Below, in pieces: positions 41,227 through 55,170 of a DNA stretch of 64,000 nt (positions are counted from its first letter, which is position 1; the number at the start of each line of letters is the position of its first letter). The stretch is from Eledone cirrhosa (lineage: Eukaryota): NCBI GenBank assembly GCA_964016885.1, contig OZ024760.1, positions 62,001-126,000 on the forward strand. The letters are read 5' to 3'. A model generated the notes under the pieces. The model did no database searches, was not told the origin of the DNA, and saw only the letters and a list, made by a program, of their open reading frames with translations. The position numbers and the translations under genes are program-made.

Positions 41227-41563
41227 TCATCATCATCATCATCATTTCATTTTACATCCGCTTTTTCCCTGCTTGCAAGGGTGGGATGGGAACTGATTTT
41301 GGCTTGATTTCTACAGCTGGATGCCCTTCCTAACACCAACCTCATTTACAGTGAGTGCTGGGTGCTTTTTTGCCGTGGCACCTCCATGACCACTTTGCAG
41401 TGGAATGATATGGACCCCAGTCACCATCATCTCATTTCTACAGCTGAGTAAACTGGAGCAATGTGAAATAAAGTGTCTTGCTCAAGGAAACAACACATCA
41501 CCCGGTCTGAGAATTGAACTCACAACCTTTCGATTGCAAGGCCAATGCTCTAGCCACTAAGCC
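41227..41563 (-). mobile_element. SINE family B
   Basis: Homologous to 13871-14256; in (TA)n. Confidence 0.9.
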
Positions 41564-41690
41564 ATATATTATATATATATTATATATATATATATTATAT
41601 ATATATATTATATATATATATATAATATATATATATATTATATATATATTATATATATGTATATAATATATATATAATATATATATATAT

Positions 41691-41816
<126 letters not shown>

Positions 41817-41906
41817 TATATATTATATATATATATATACATAATATATATATATATAATATATATATATATATAATATATATATATATAATATATATAT
41901 AATATA

Positions 41907-41980
<74 letters not shown>

Positions 41981-42175
41981 TATTAGATATGGTGGGTAAA
42001 TATTCTATAGTTGTTGATCACAGATAGATTGGTGTAGTTTATTTATCTATTATTTCTTCATAGGTGTCTTTTAATCTTATAACCTTGTTTAATTGTTTTT
42101 TTGTGTGGTTGATTATGCTGATTGGGAAAGGAGATGGTGTATATATTTTATCAAATGATTCTATGGACATACTTT

Positions 42176-42258
<83 letters not shown>

Positions 42259-42312
42259 GTGAGGTTTTTTTACAAAATGAAAAATAACCGAGGTGTCCTA
42301 CACGAGTGAAAG

Positions 42313-42646
42313 TATAAAGAAAAAAAGATGAAATCGAAAATGCAACTGGAGTCTTATTTTAAAAAAAATATATTTATTTGGTTTCTTTACCGGTTTCGCA
42401 GTTCTTCTGCTTTTCAAAAGTAGAGTTGAGATGGAGGGTCTGTGGTTTTAAACCACAGACCCTCCATCTCAACTATACTTTGGAGGGTCTGTGGTTTTAA
42501 ACCACAGACCCTCCATCTCAACTCTACTTTTGAAAAGCAGAAGAACTGCGAAACCGGTAAAGGAACCAAATAAATATATATATTTAAAAAAAAAAAAAAA
42601 ATAAGACTCCAGTTGCATTTTCGATTTCATCTCTTTTTCTTTATAT
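42313..42646. repeat. Long fold-back palindrome with duplicated centre and degenerate hammerhead arms
   Basis: Arms are reverse complements; ctt-TTGAAAA-gcag-aagaa-ctgc-GAAACCGGTA-aag at 42527-42562. Confidence 0.85.
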
Positions 42647-42717
42647 ATATATATATATATTTACTTATATATATACACATTTACATATATATATATATAT
42701 ATGTCAATGTGTGTGTG

Positions 42718-42748
<31 letters not shown>

Positions 42749-42977
42749 CAGCAGATAGTGTTGTGAAAACTAACTGATTAGTCTGGGGAAGAAGGAATCT
42801 AATTCTCTACCCACACAAAATCGTTCTTCCCACTATTTAACATATTAGCCTACACTCTGTTTTCATTTTGGTTGGTATCTTTAAGATACTAGCTTAATTA
42901 AAACATCGAGTGTGAGTGGGAAAGCAAGTGAAGATATTTCGGTCATATCCGATGACTTTGTTTCAGTATTATTATGT

Positions 42978-43167
42978 AGGCAATGGATTGGCAGTATCGG
43001 TAGAGGGTCGAACTCCATGCTTTTGACGCATAGAGTTATGGTCATTCTGAGTTCAAATACCGCCGAGGTTAACATACCTTTCGTCCTTCTGGAATCAATA
43101 AAATAAAGTACCAGTAATACACTGGGATAATTGCTGGCCTTGTGCCAAAAGTAGAAACAATTATTAT
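42978..43167 (+). mobile_element. SINE family A
   Basis: A/B boxes and the family 3' end gtagaaacaattatt. Confidence 0.85.
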
Positions 43168-43358
43168 GTTAATAAATATTAAAATATTAATATGTTAATA
43201 AATTGTGTTTTGATGCAGCACTGATTCGTCGTTATCTATAATATAATACTCTGCTCTGCATGAGCATTGAGTGCTCAAACGGCATACTGCCTACGGATGC
43301 ATTTATTGCAACCTTACAACAACTATATACATATATGAACTAAAGGAAAGACGCTTAC

Positions 43359-43626
43359 CTTTGGTTGAAAAATATATGGCCATGATAATACCACTGGTAA
43401 CACCAATCACCAAAAGTATGATTCCCAGGATGACCATGAGACGTTTACAGCTGATGATGGTGCTGTCATAATCTGCTGTTGGCACATCATCCCAAGAAGG
43501 TGTCCCTGACACTATTGAGTGTTTCTTGGGGTTTGGCCAGGTACGTTGTATTCGGCTCACCAGTTCTGGCTGGTAGGCCAGATTGTCGTAATCGGGTCCC
43601 CATTCTCTGCCGTTGGAGTTGGAATA
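43359..43626 (-). CDS. Internal coding exon of a host gene: cytoplasmic N-terminal region plus single TM helix (type II membrane protein, family unknown)
   Basis: Minus strand: acceptor ttttattgtttttatAG, then an open frame YSNSNGREWGPDYDNLAYQPELVSRIQRTWPNPKKHSIVSGTPSWDDVPTADYDSTIISCKR-LMVILGIILLVIGVTSGIIMAIYF-STK, then donor AAG|gtaagc. 268 nt, phase 0 in, phase 1 out. Unique sequence; basic residues precede the hydrophobic stretch. Confidence 0.8.
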
Positions 43627-43889
43627 CTATAAAAACAATAAAAAGGGTGACAAAATAAATAAATAAATATATATATATAATTTTTTTTTTTTTTAAATGA
43701 AGGCACATGGCTTAGTGGTTAGAGCATTGGGCTTGCAATCGAAAGGTGCTGAGTTCAATTCTCTTCCTTGAGCAAGACACTTTATTTCACATTGCTCCAG
43801 TTTACTCAGCTGTAGAAATGAGATGATACGGACTGGGGTCCCTATCATTCCACTGCAAAAGTGGACGTGGAGATAAGAGGACAAATTCA

Positions 43890-44610
43890 AAATCATCCTC
43901 AACATCACCATCTTCATCATCACCATCCTCATCATTATTAATCATCTGCTTCATCATCATCATGGCCATCAGTACCAGCCCTGCCACCGCCACCACCTCC
44001 ATCAGTAACCCAGCCCCACTAGCATTATCACCACCATCATCACCAGCTTCATCATCACCATCCTCCTTATCATTATCTGCTTCATCACCATCATTATCAG
44101 CACTACCCTCATCATTATCAGCACTACCCTCATCATTATCAGCACCACCATCATCATCATCATCATCACCACCACCACCATCATCATTATCAACACCACC
44201 ATCATCATCTTAACCCTTTAAATACCAATCCCTTCCAAAACTGACCCTATTTAAGTGTTTCACATTTGAATTTAAATTTTGATTTGAAGTCGCATTATTA
44301 CATGACAGATGATATTAAATTTTAGTCCATCACCACCGTCATCATCACCATCACCACCATCATCATCATTGTCATCACTGACTCCACCACCACCACCGTC
44401 ATCATTACCAGCACCATTATCACCACCACCATAATCACCACATGACAGATAATATTAAATTTTAGTCCATCGCTGTCATCATCACCATCACTGCCGTCAT
44501 CATCACCGTCATCACTGACACCATCACCACCGTCATCATAACCAGCACCACTACCACCACCATTATCCCTACCACCATCACCACCACATGACCGATAATA
44601 TTAAATTTTA
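43890..44610. repeat. (CAT/CAC)n low-complexity block with three ~140-bp higher-order units
   Basis: catgac(a/c)gat(g/a)atattaaattttagt at ~44301, 44441 and 44587. Confidence 0.85.
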
Positions 44611-46584
44611 GTAGTTAAATGTTTTGTGTTTATTTAATTCAAGTTGAGTTGAAAGTTAATTATTTCATTAAACCTCTTATAATTATTGATTATTTCATTA
44701 ATTTCTTTTTTCTTAACTTCATCAACATCATCATCATCATCAACATCATTTAACATCCTCCTTCCCTGCTGGCATGAGTAGGATGGACTGTCCCTTTGTG
44801 AGAGATCAGGTCGGAGGACCGTGATACACTCACACAGAACTGAGTTTGGCTTGGTTTCTGCAGCTGGATGCCCTTGCTAACACCAATGTTATTTTATTTT
44901 GTAGTAGAGTTATATAAATATACAGTAAAACAGAGCAGCATTGGAAAGAACTATAAATGCCATAAATGAAAGGAAAAAGAGGGGACCTAGAACACCCCCC
45001 CCCCCCCCCCCGAGTTATCAGATGTAGTCTAATTATATCCTAGAAATAAATAATTAAAATATAAGTAGTGTTTATAACAAACATTCAAAGTTACTGATAT
45101 TTCTAGCAAGCATTGCTGTCATATCTATATATAAATTTCTGCGATTCTATCACAACACGTAAAAAGAGAGAGAGAGAGAGAGTGAGTAGTTTGACTACCT
45201 CATACTAGTACTCTCTCTTTACATCTGCTGTCTGCATGAATGTATGTGTGTGTTTTTGAGAATGCATGTGTGTCTGTGAGTATCTATTTTTGGAAGTGTG
45301 TCTGCGTTTGCGCACTTATATTCATATACTCATGCATATAAATGTATGGATATGCACATGCACACACATATACACATACACACACATGCACACACATATA
45401 CACATATGCGTCAGCATATTGAAAAAATCCTAGTATTCCATATTCCCACATCTACTAACAGAAGAAAGAAAGGGAAAAGGGAGATGGTGACAGACTCTAC
45501 ACCGAGGTCAGTGTGGTGTTTTAGCTGCGCCCCACCGACAAAATGTCAAAAGCATTTCTGCAGACAATGGCCTGTGACACATGTTGCAACAACTATTCCA
45601 CCTTATGTGGCTCCTTCGTCAGATGGGCTGCTATCAATCCAATTTTATGGAGGAGGTCAGGTATCCTGTGTCCGAGGATGCCTGAGTACTTGGCTACTGA
45701 GTGCAAAGAGGAAGGAGTCGGACAAGCTCCGGTATTTACTTGTCTTCCTGTCCTCTGCAGTATGAGCTGCCATTCTAGGGTTTGTGGGCAAGGTGACCAA
45801 GCTGGAGGTGGAGAATGTGTAACAGCATGACATGTTCCAGATGAGGGATTTACCTCCTTCGAAAGGGAAGAGGTTAATTCCGCCGGGGCAGTTGCCATCA
45901 CCATGGTCAAGGCCTACTGCCTCCAGTTCTAATGGGAAGCCAACTGCATTGAGGCTTCTTGATTAAAACACAAAGCCAGTATATTATTTTTTAGAAATAT
46001 GGCCAGAGAGGGTTAATCATCATAATCATCATCATATCACCAACACCACCATCATTATCATCCTCATCACCAGCACCAACATTATCATCATCATCTTCAC
46101 TATCAACACCACTACCACCACCATCATCTCTCGTTCGACAAAAAACAAACAAACAAACAAAAACAAATATACATACATACACACTATCCAATGCTCTACC
46201 AATCCTTCCAATCCACCACCCTCCACTCTCCCTTAATATTGATTTCTACTTTAACCCTTTAGTATTTATATTACTCTATATTTACTATTGTATTTTTGTG
46301 GTAAAGGCTTTACCTCACATAATATGGAATCTAAGAGACTTTGATATTATTTATTTTGATAACAATACCTTAATATCAGTATGGGTGGCTGGTTACAGCC
46401 GGTTTGAACAGAAATAGGTGAGAGAATTCAGGCCGGATATGGTTCGTTTAAATGCTAAAGGGCAGTAAGTGTCAAAGCTGTTTAAATGAACCTCAATACT
46501 TGATTGCTTCTTTATTCTATTAACTCTGGAAGGATGAAAAGCAAAGTTGACCCCAGCAGGATTTGAACCCAGAACAATCTAATC

Positions 46585-47056
46585 TAATCTGGCCGAGTTT
46601 ACACTCACAAATAAGAAGAACCAGGGCCACCACTAGGAACATTGGATTTGGTGTTCTTCATATTTGTTTCATTTGCTGAATACAATGAGGGATCGCTGCT
46701 TCTCCTGAAGGTCAATAGTTCTCTTCTAACTTGAGCAGGAGCGCCTCTCCATTGTCAATCTGCATTGATCATCTGCAAAGCCGCATTGTTCTCAGAACCA
46801 CTACACCAGTCTTTTGATGCGTGCAGCTGGAACTACTGCCACCCATTGATTTGGCAGGATATTTTTTTTAGATGGGCCGTTGACTCTTATGAGTTCTTCC
46901 ACCCTTTGTCAGGTTTTGTTTTTTGTCCTGCAGGGTGTCCAAAATCACCCTCCTCACCAAGTAAACTTGGTGGAGTTGCCGGCTTAGTCGCCAACGACCC
47001 GACCATGCGACAGGTTGTACCGGGTTACATGCTACCAGTAGCACACAAGAGTGACC
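46585..47056. repeat. Unclassified ~470-bp dispersed repeat (inverted copy 59244-59727; partial 32925-33385)
   Basis: High similarity in reverse complement between the copies; no family recognised. Confidence 0.8.
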
Positions 47057-48469
47057 AGGACAAATAACATGGTATTTTTTTTTATCCAATGCTCAAATGC
47101 AGTGGTTCTCAACCTTTTTTTTTTACCCATGGACCACTTTGACTCTTAATTTTTTTTTTGTTGATCCCTATTCAATTAAAAAAAAAACTTATTTTATGTT
47201 TTATTTTATGTATAGATAAGTTTAGGAACTGTATTATAGAAATAGTAAATGTATTTGCTTTATTTTGAAGTAAAACTAATTGAATGATTATAAACTTGTA
47301 TTTAAATTCTATGGATCATTATGATAAAAGGTTTTTAGATGAATATAAGTACTTTAAAATAAACAGCTTAATCCTGTAGAACCTGAGGCAGTTTGGTATC
47401 GATAGGGTTAAGTAAAATAGGATGAAATGCAGACAGTGTGATTTGAAATAATATATATATATGTATATATATTATATATATATATATATTTACAGTGAAA
47501 TTCCGTTAAAATGAAATTCACGGGGTATAGAAAAAAATTTGTTGTAATGAAAAATTCTTTATAATGAGATCGACCTAACACATTGAGTGTGTGGCCAAGG
47601 ATTGAAAAAAAATGTTGTTATACTGAAAAACTTGTTATAATGATATTCATTATAAGAGAATTTTACCTGTATATATATATATATATATATATATTATACA
47701 GGTAAGGGCCTAGTTTCAGGGGGGTACCAGGGGACAAGTCCCCCCACTTTTTCAAACATCTATATTTTATTTTTTGTTTATTTGATATAATAAATTCTTT
47801 TTAAGCTTATTTTTTTATATCTGAACTTCATTTGAATATATAAAATTTAATTAGTGTAAAATTTTACTTATGTGATAGGGTCCGGGAAAGGCACCATAAG
47901 CAATTTATGCTCCTTTAAGAATCAACAAATGTTAGTTTGTCCCCCTCACATTTTTAAGACAAAAGAGGCCTCTGTATACAGGTAAAATTCTGTTATAATG
48001 AATACCATTATAACAAATTTTTCAGTATAACAAAATTTACTGGAATTCTATAAGAATCCAGCTTCTATAAATCTTGGCAGAAGCAAGGGAGTGTGTGGTC
48101 TTGATAAATGATAACGAGCGAGAAACAGTCACTCTTCTTTGCTTTTGCCGAGAATAAGTAAGTGACATAGTCACTACTTTAAAACTCATAGCGAATGGTC
48201 TTCAAAATGTTTTTAATTAGACATACAGTATATTGCCAAATATTCTATACATACATACATATATATATATATAAACATACACACACACACACACACACAC
48301 ACAAGATTTGGGTCTAGAATAAATTTACCAAATGATGTGTGAAACTGAGATTGAAAGAATGGCTGGACAGATTTTACTTGCAACTAAGAATTGGTTTAAT
48401 AATAAGTTGTATGTTAAATCAGAACAGATAAAAGCTAATATGTTAATCTATATTTCATTCAGGGATCAG

Positions 48470-48745
48470 AGAACCGCTCCAGGTACAGTTGTTACTTCTC
48501 TGAATTGAGAGATCACAGCTCTGATATTACAGGCATGTAGTTAGAATGTCCCAAGAAAGAATTGTTGGACAAAACAAGTTGGCAGGAGACCCAGGGGTAG
48601 ATGCTTGGATAATATCCATAAACTTGGTTAGTCTCTCTTGGGGATTCAGCCTGATCAACTAGAGATGGTTGCTTCTGATAGTACCTGTTGGAAGGAGTGT
48701 TTAAGGAATCTACCCCACGACCCTCTCAGGAATAAGTGGGCAAAG
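48470..48745. repeat. Unclassified dispersed repeat (inverted copy ~4950-5232; partial 4535-4610)
   Basis: Shared ctctgaattgagagatcacagctc...cacgaccctctc..gaataagtggg. Confidence 0.7.
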
Positions 48746-49794
48746 AAGATGATTTTGAAAAAGTAGTGAATTAATTAATTGAAGAATATGTTTATAATAT
48801 TATAATGACAAAGAAAAAAAAAGGGAGAGAGACAGAAAAAGGGGATAGCCTTGGCTGCATGATATATCTCAGCTGTGCCCAGCAGACAAGATGGCAAAAA
48901 ACATTGCCAGGGAGAACAGCCAGTGATACCTACTGCATCTGCCATTCTATCTTGCAGTGCTCATTCTCCAGGTGTGATACTCTTGTCCTGATTTGGTGGA
49001 GGAAAGCAGCAGTCCGTTGACTGAGGACACCAGAGATATCAATAGTGACCAATGCAAAAAGGAAAGCCAGTCAATGTCTTGTATTTAGTCATCTTCTTCT
49101 TCTCTATACTGCACACAGCAGCACCCAGTGACGAAATTATATAAATATAATGAAGCATATAGACAATCTACTGCAAAGTAGTTGTGGAGGTGCCATGACA
49201 AAAAAGCACCCAGCTCACAGTATAAAGTGGATGTGTAGGCGCCACAGAAAAAAAAAGCACCCAGCCCACACTGTAAAGTGGCCGTGTAGGCGCCATGGAA
49301 AAAAAAAGCACCCAGCACTCACTGTAAATGAGGTTGGTGTTAGGAAGGGCATCCGGCCATAGAAATCAAGCCAGAATCAGTTTCCGTATGAGCAAGACAA
49401 GGTCAGCTGACCAGACACTACCCACAACAGGACAACCCGTCTATCCCATGCTAGCGTGGTAGAACGGATGTAAAACAGTGATGATGATGATACTGATGAT
49501 GATGATAATGAGCACAACCTGACATGATATATTTAAAAGGATCATGACTCTTGATAATCCACCAAACAAAATCTTATCCACAGGGAAAATAGATATTAAA
49601 TGATGATAATAGTTGTGGTGGTGGTTGTTGTGGTGGTTGTTATTGTTGTGGTGGTGGTGGTTGTTGTTGTTGTGGTTGTGATGGTTGTGGTTGTTTTGGT
49701 GGTGGTGATAGGAATGGTTATGATGGTTGTTGTTGTTGTTGCTGTTGCTGTTGCTGCTGTTGTGGTAGGAATGGTTGTGGTGGTGGTGGTGGTG

Positions 49795-49913
49795 GTTCTG
49801 AAGAAGACGGTCTGATCGAACCTATATATGAAGTCTGATAGTATACAGTTATATAACTGCTATAGATCAGACAATATGTCAATATGATCAACCCTCTGAA
49901 ACGATCATAAAAC
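49795..49913 (+). ncRNA. Degenerate hammerhead
   Basis: gtt-CTGAAGA-aga...tct-GAAAC-gatc-ATA-aaac; stem III closing pair mutated. Confidence 0.5.
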
Positions 49914-50054
49914 AATGACATGAATAGGTAAAATAACTTGACTTTGTTCTTTTTATTTTCATTGTTAATTTAATACCTAACATATATATATATAACCATC
50001 TAACTTATGCTAGCATGGAAGATGGACGTTAAATGACGACGATGATGATGATGA

Positions 50055-50109
<55 letters not shown>

Positions 50110-50561
50110 AGCAAGATAATCACTCTTGCCTCAAGTGGGAAAACTCCCGTCCAAACCCATGCAAGCGTGGAACACGGATGTTAAACGTTGATGATGATGA
50201 TGATGATGATATATATTATTCAGTTGATGAAAGTTGATTGGTTAAATAATTTATTACTGACTTTTTTAAGTTAACAGATGTAAAGCACTCAACAATTTGT
50301 ATTCCTTAGGATTTTCTCTGTAAGGTATCAACCAGAGTTTTAATATAATGAATAAGAGAGACGGTTTTATTCGTACATATGTAATTGAATATAAAAGAAA
50401 GATAAACACAGATATATACATATATGTGTTCAAATCGTAAGGGACCAGATTCTTTTATATTCAATTATAATATACGGCTTGGAAAAATCTCTTTCCTAGA
50501 GCTATTTTATTGTAAGAGACTATTTTGAGTTTGTAACTCAATATATACCTTTGATATACAT

Positions 50562-50868
50562 ATCATCATCATCATCATCATCATCATCATTTTACGTCTG
50601 CTTTTCCCTGCTTGCAAGGGTGGGACGGGAAATGATTCATGCTTGATTTCTACAGCTGGATGCCCTTCCCAACACCAACCTCATTTTACAGTGAGTGCTG
50701 GGTGCTTTTTTGCCGTGGCACCTCCACGGCCACTGCAGCTGCGTAAATTGGAGCAATGTGAAATAAAGTGTCTTGCTCAAGGAAACAACACATCACCCGG
50801 TCTGAGAATTGAACTCACAACCTTTCGATTGCAAGGCCAATGCTCTAACCACTAAGCCATGTGCCTCC
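50562..50868 (-). mobile_element. SINE family B
   Basis: Homologous to 13871-14256. Partial copies also at ~6520-6642, 29230-29372, 31170-31262 and 43700-43866. Confidence 0.85.
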
Positions 50869-52119
50869 TATACATATACATTCCGTGCGAGCGAGACATG
50901 GTCTCTCGACCATTCCCGCATCAAATGGATCAAAACCATCTAACCCATGCTAGCGTGAAAATTGGACGTTAAACGATGATGATGATGATACATATATATA
51001 TATATATACATATATATATACATTCATACATACATATTTGTATGTATGTATGTAAATGCAAGTAACCTCCTATGAAATGCAATGTGAAAATCTTGCCAAT
51101 CCTGTATATTTCTAGAGATAATAGAAGTCACTGAATTTATTTTAGGAGCAAGACAACCACTCTTGCCTCAAGTGGGAAAACTCCCGTCCAAACCCATGCA
51201 AGCATGGAACATGGACGTTAAACGACGATGATGATGATGATGATGACAACCGGCCAGAGTTCATATGCTCAATCAGATAACAAATGTGCAGTTGATAGGA
51301 AGCATATTGCATTTAAGATTGAGCACAAATAATTAGGGTATTTTATGGCAGTGTTCAGGTATTGGTTACACTGACATCACCATCATCATCGTTTAACGTC
51401 CATCTTCCACACTAGCATGGGTTAGACGGTTTTGTTCCATTTGATGTGGGAATGGTTGGGAGACCGTTTCTTGCTCATACGGAAGTGTCTCTGGCAGGTT
51501 TTTTACAGCTGGATGCCCTTCCTAACACCACCCACATTTACAGTGTGGAACTGGATGGCATTGTTATAATATATATAATGTATGTATATATATATATATA
51601 TCATTATCATCATCATTGTTTAAGGTCCATCTTCCACGCTAACATGGGTTAGACGCTTTTGTTCCATTTGATGTGGGAATGGTCAGGAGATCGTGTCTTG
51701 CTCGTATGGAAGTGTCCCTGGCAGGTTTTTTACAGCTGGATGCCCTTCTTAACACCAACCACATTTACAGTGTGGACTGGGGAGCCTTTTTTCCCTGTCT
51801 CCTAAATGACTACCTTACAGTGTGGACTGTTGTGTCATCGACACAGTGGATGGAACGGGAAAGGGAGGATGGGGTGGGTGGGGTGTACATTAGGTTAAGA
51901 GGTGCCTACTGACTATATATATATATATATATGGGATAACAAGTCATTGTTTTAGGTAATCCAGTTAGAGGTTGTGAGTACTCTGTACTATGGATAGTTT
52001 TAACATACGGCATTGTTTGACTCAATAAGAGGTTTCCTTAGTTAGGTAACGAGTTTGCGAGAATTCTCATGTAGGTTATTCTTGGAGTAATAATGGTGAA
52101 AGAGTGAAGAATAACATGC

Positions 52120-53340
52120 TTGGCAATAAACGAAATTAAACACAATTCAGCAGTAGGCCCCGACAGGTTCCCTGCTTGTGTCCTGAAGGTGTGTCGACAC
52201 TAACTTGCATCTCCTCTTGCTAATCTGTGGAGGAACTCACTGGATACTGGCTATATTCCTGAAAACTTTCTGTCCCAGTCTGTTGTCCCCATCTTCAAAA
52301 AGGGAAATAAGTCCCTTGCAGTGAACTACCATCCGATCTCACTCACCTCTCATATCATCAAGGTATTTGAGAGGGTGGTGAGATACCGAATAACCCACTT
52401 TCTTGAAAGCAACGGCCTGCTGAACTCCAACCAGAATGGGTTCCGTAATGGAAGGGACTGCCTAACGCAGCTCCTGCATCACTTTGACGATGTTTTGAGA
52501 GCCTTGGGAGAGGGCTCCAACACTGATGTCATCTACCTTGATTTCAGCAAGGCCTTTGACAGGGTTGATCATAAGATTCTACTGAAAAAACTATCCAATA
52601 TTGGTATCTCTGGAAAGTTACTACAGTGGATCAAATGTTTCCTGACAGACAGAAACCAACATGTTGTAGTCGAAGGAGTAAAATCAAGCCCTGCCAAAGT
52701 CAACTGTGGTGTCCCACAAGGCACTGTGTTGGGCCCACTTCTTTTCATCATCTACATTAATGACATTACTGACATTATCAAGCACAGCAACGTAAGAATC
52801 TTTACAGATGATTCCAAGCTCTAAAGGGTCATCAACGAGGTGGGTGACCGGACTTGCCTTTAGTCAGACCTACTGGCTGTAATCCAATGGGCAGAAAAGA
52901 ACAATATGCTGTTGAATGAGGATAAGTTTGAATTAATCCACTTTGGAAAAAGGATGCCCTGAAACTCCAATACTCTCTTCCTTCGGGTGAAACTCTCGTG
53001 GCATCCAACAACATCAAAGACCTGGGAGTAATTGTGGACAACAACATAAGCTGGGCCACTCATATAAACAGCAAAGTTGACATGGCCCGCAGAATGTGTT
53101 CCTGGATTCTCAGAACCTTCCAGTCGAGAAATATCCATATTGTTATCCTTCTCTTCTCCACTTTTGCCGATCCCACCTTGAATACTGTTGTCCACTGTGG
53201 TCTCCCCACACGAAACAAAGTATCATGAAAATTGACGCACCCCAAAGATCGATTACAAAAAAGATAGATGGAATGACAGGCCTTGACTATTGGAGTCGAT
53301 TAGAAAAGCTCAACCTTTATTCTCTCCAACGTCTCCGTGA
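52120..53340 (+). mobile_element. CR1-clade LINE RT fragment, degenerate
   Basis: PIFKKG, NYHPISLTS, DVIYLDFSKAFDRV, GVPQGTVLGPLLF, FTDD, KDLGV, HLEYCCPLWSP; stops and frameshifts. Confidence 0.9.
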
Positions 53341-53366
53341 TGGACGTTAAATGATGATGATAATGT

Positions 53367-53582
53367 TTAACCCTTTAGAATTTAAACCGGCCACATGTGG
53401 CCAGAATTTTCTCACCTCTTTCTGTTCAAACCGACCGTAACTGGCCACTCATACTTATGTTAAGATATTGTTCTCAAAATAAATAATATCAAAATCTCAT
53501 AGATTCGATATTATATGAGGTGAAGACTTTACCATGAAAATACAATAGTATATATAGAGTAATGTAAATGCTAAAGGGTTAA
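53367..53582. mobile_element. piggyBac-type MITE (TTAA|CCCTTT...AAAGGG|TTAA)
   Basis: TIRs ccctttag(a/c)attta / taaatgctaaaggg at TTAA. Further copies at ~4620-4901, 5257-5430, 31330-31444, 46251-46462 and 60623-61355 (interrupted). Confidence 0.8.
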
Positions 53583-53869
53583 TAAATTGGTACATAGCAA
53601 TAATTATAACATTGTTATGTAATAAATTGCTACATAACAATACTATAACGTTATGTAATAAATGTTATCTACACATTGTGATGTTTTAAATAATAAGTTT
53701 GTAAATCTCTATATATACTCTGTAAATTGTTACACCTGGAAGCTATAGTAGAACTATCAATGAAACAATTCGACTGTTGAGTAAAACACTATTGTGGGCG
53801 CCTCTTATTTTTGTTACGTAATTAAATTAATTGTTTACTCAAGCGGAAACTGAATAATGCTAATAATTC

Positions 53870-53990
<121 letters not shown>

Positions 53991-54284
53991 TTATATATAC
54001 ATCATTATCATCATTTATATATATATACACACCTACATACATATATATATATATATATATATACACTCATACACACACACATGCACACACACGCACACAC
54101 ATATAGATATGTATATATATACATACACACACATTCATATATGCACACAAATCTTATAAAACTGAAAGTTGCTTGAAGTTTCTTGTATGGATGGACAGAT
54201 TTTCACATGATGAGAAATTACAAGTTACATTCCAAAATATAGCTGTAATCGGTTACATCGCAGGATTTCTCTGGATACTGGCAT

Positions 54285-54485
54285 CCCAGGATGAAAGCCG
54301 ATATCATCCCAGAATCCCATGATCCAAAGATGAATTCTGACTTCATCCTGTCTTCTAAGGATCCAAGGAGAAAGGCCAACCTCATCCCGGGATCCCAGCA
54401 TTCCAGGAAAAAAGCCGATTTCATCCCTGAATCCTGTTATCTTAGGAGGAAGACCAATTTCATCCTGGATTCCTGGATCCAAGAA
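54285..54485. repeat. Degenerate 39-bp tandem repeat, ~5 units
   Basis: Periodic gga(t/g)gaaagccgatttcatcc..gaatcc; gives a 13-aa periodic ORF. Confidence 0.7.
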
Positions 54486-54699
54486 GCAAGTTTGGCTTCA
54501 TTTCAGAATCTCAAGATAAACAAAAGTTCTTAATATGAGATGGCCTTGTAACAGTGATTGTCAGACAGAAGGCACTTGGTGTCCAAAGGAAGAATTTCGA
54601 AACCCAGAGGAGGAATTTCAGTCTAGAGAAGAATTGGGACAGAATAAAAGCTTGGAAAGAATGGTGTAGATTGTGTAGAGATCAAATGGAATAGTACTA

Positions 54700-54900
54700 T
54701 ATCTATACACTATGTATATATCACATGAAATACCAATATACCCAACTATAGAGTACACTGAGTATATATATCACATGAAATATCAGAATAAGAAACTACA
54801 GTGTATATTGTATATATATATCACATGCATGAAATACCAATATACCCAACTATAGTATATATTGTATATATATATCACATGAAATACCAATATACACAAC
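54700..54900. repeat. ~50-bp minisatellite, 4 units
   Basis: Repeated tatatatcacatgaaataccaatatacccaactatag. Confidence 0.8.
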
Positions 54901-55158
54901 TTTAAGGGAGATCACAAATTAACGAGTCACACAAAACTGCTGCTTTAATCCAGTTTGGGACCATGTAATTATTAAAGTTTGAAAAGCTTGTTCACTGTTA
55001 ATATGGTGCTCAGGTGAAAAATTATTAGATGACAGTTTAAAAGGTGGAGATAAGAATTGAGGAAAACCCTGGGATTACAAGGACTGGATTGTGACCTGGG
55101 ACTTTGAGAACCACCGGCTTGTAAGAATCAACACAACATTGCAATTATTCACACTTAC

Positions 55159-55170
55159 CTCGTTTTCCAT
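55159..55170 (-). CDS. Candidate first coding mini-exon (MENE) of the same gene
   Basis: Minus strand ggcATGGAAAACGAG|gtaagtgt: consensus donor, phase 0, compatible with the 43626 acceptor. Confidence 0.5.

Larger units (their letters stand above)
49140..51915. repeat. Cluster of short 3'-end fragments of RTE-A / related SINE tails
   Basis: Repeated aacccatgc(t/a)agcgtggaa..ggacgttaaac(gat)n in both orientations (ending ~49500, 50058, 50210, 50990, 51245; minus copies from 51375 and 51600). Also at 3050-3240, 7495-7595, 44720-44885, 56160-56490 and 60693-60890. Confidence 0.8.

Noticed and set aside
43700-43770. tRNA-like sequences with A/B boxes
   Set aside because: They are SINE heads continuing into SINE bodies; no complete cloverleaf seen.
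43962-44213. Ser/Pro-rich and poly-Val ORFs (also 49600-49815)
   Set aside because: Trinucleotide microsatellite translations.
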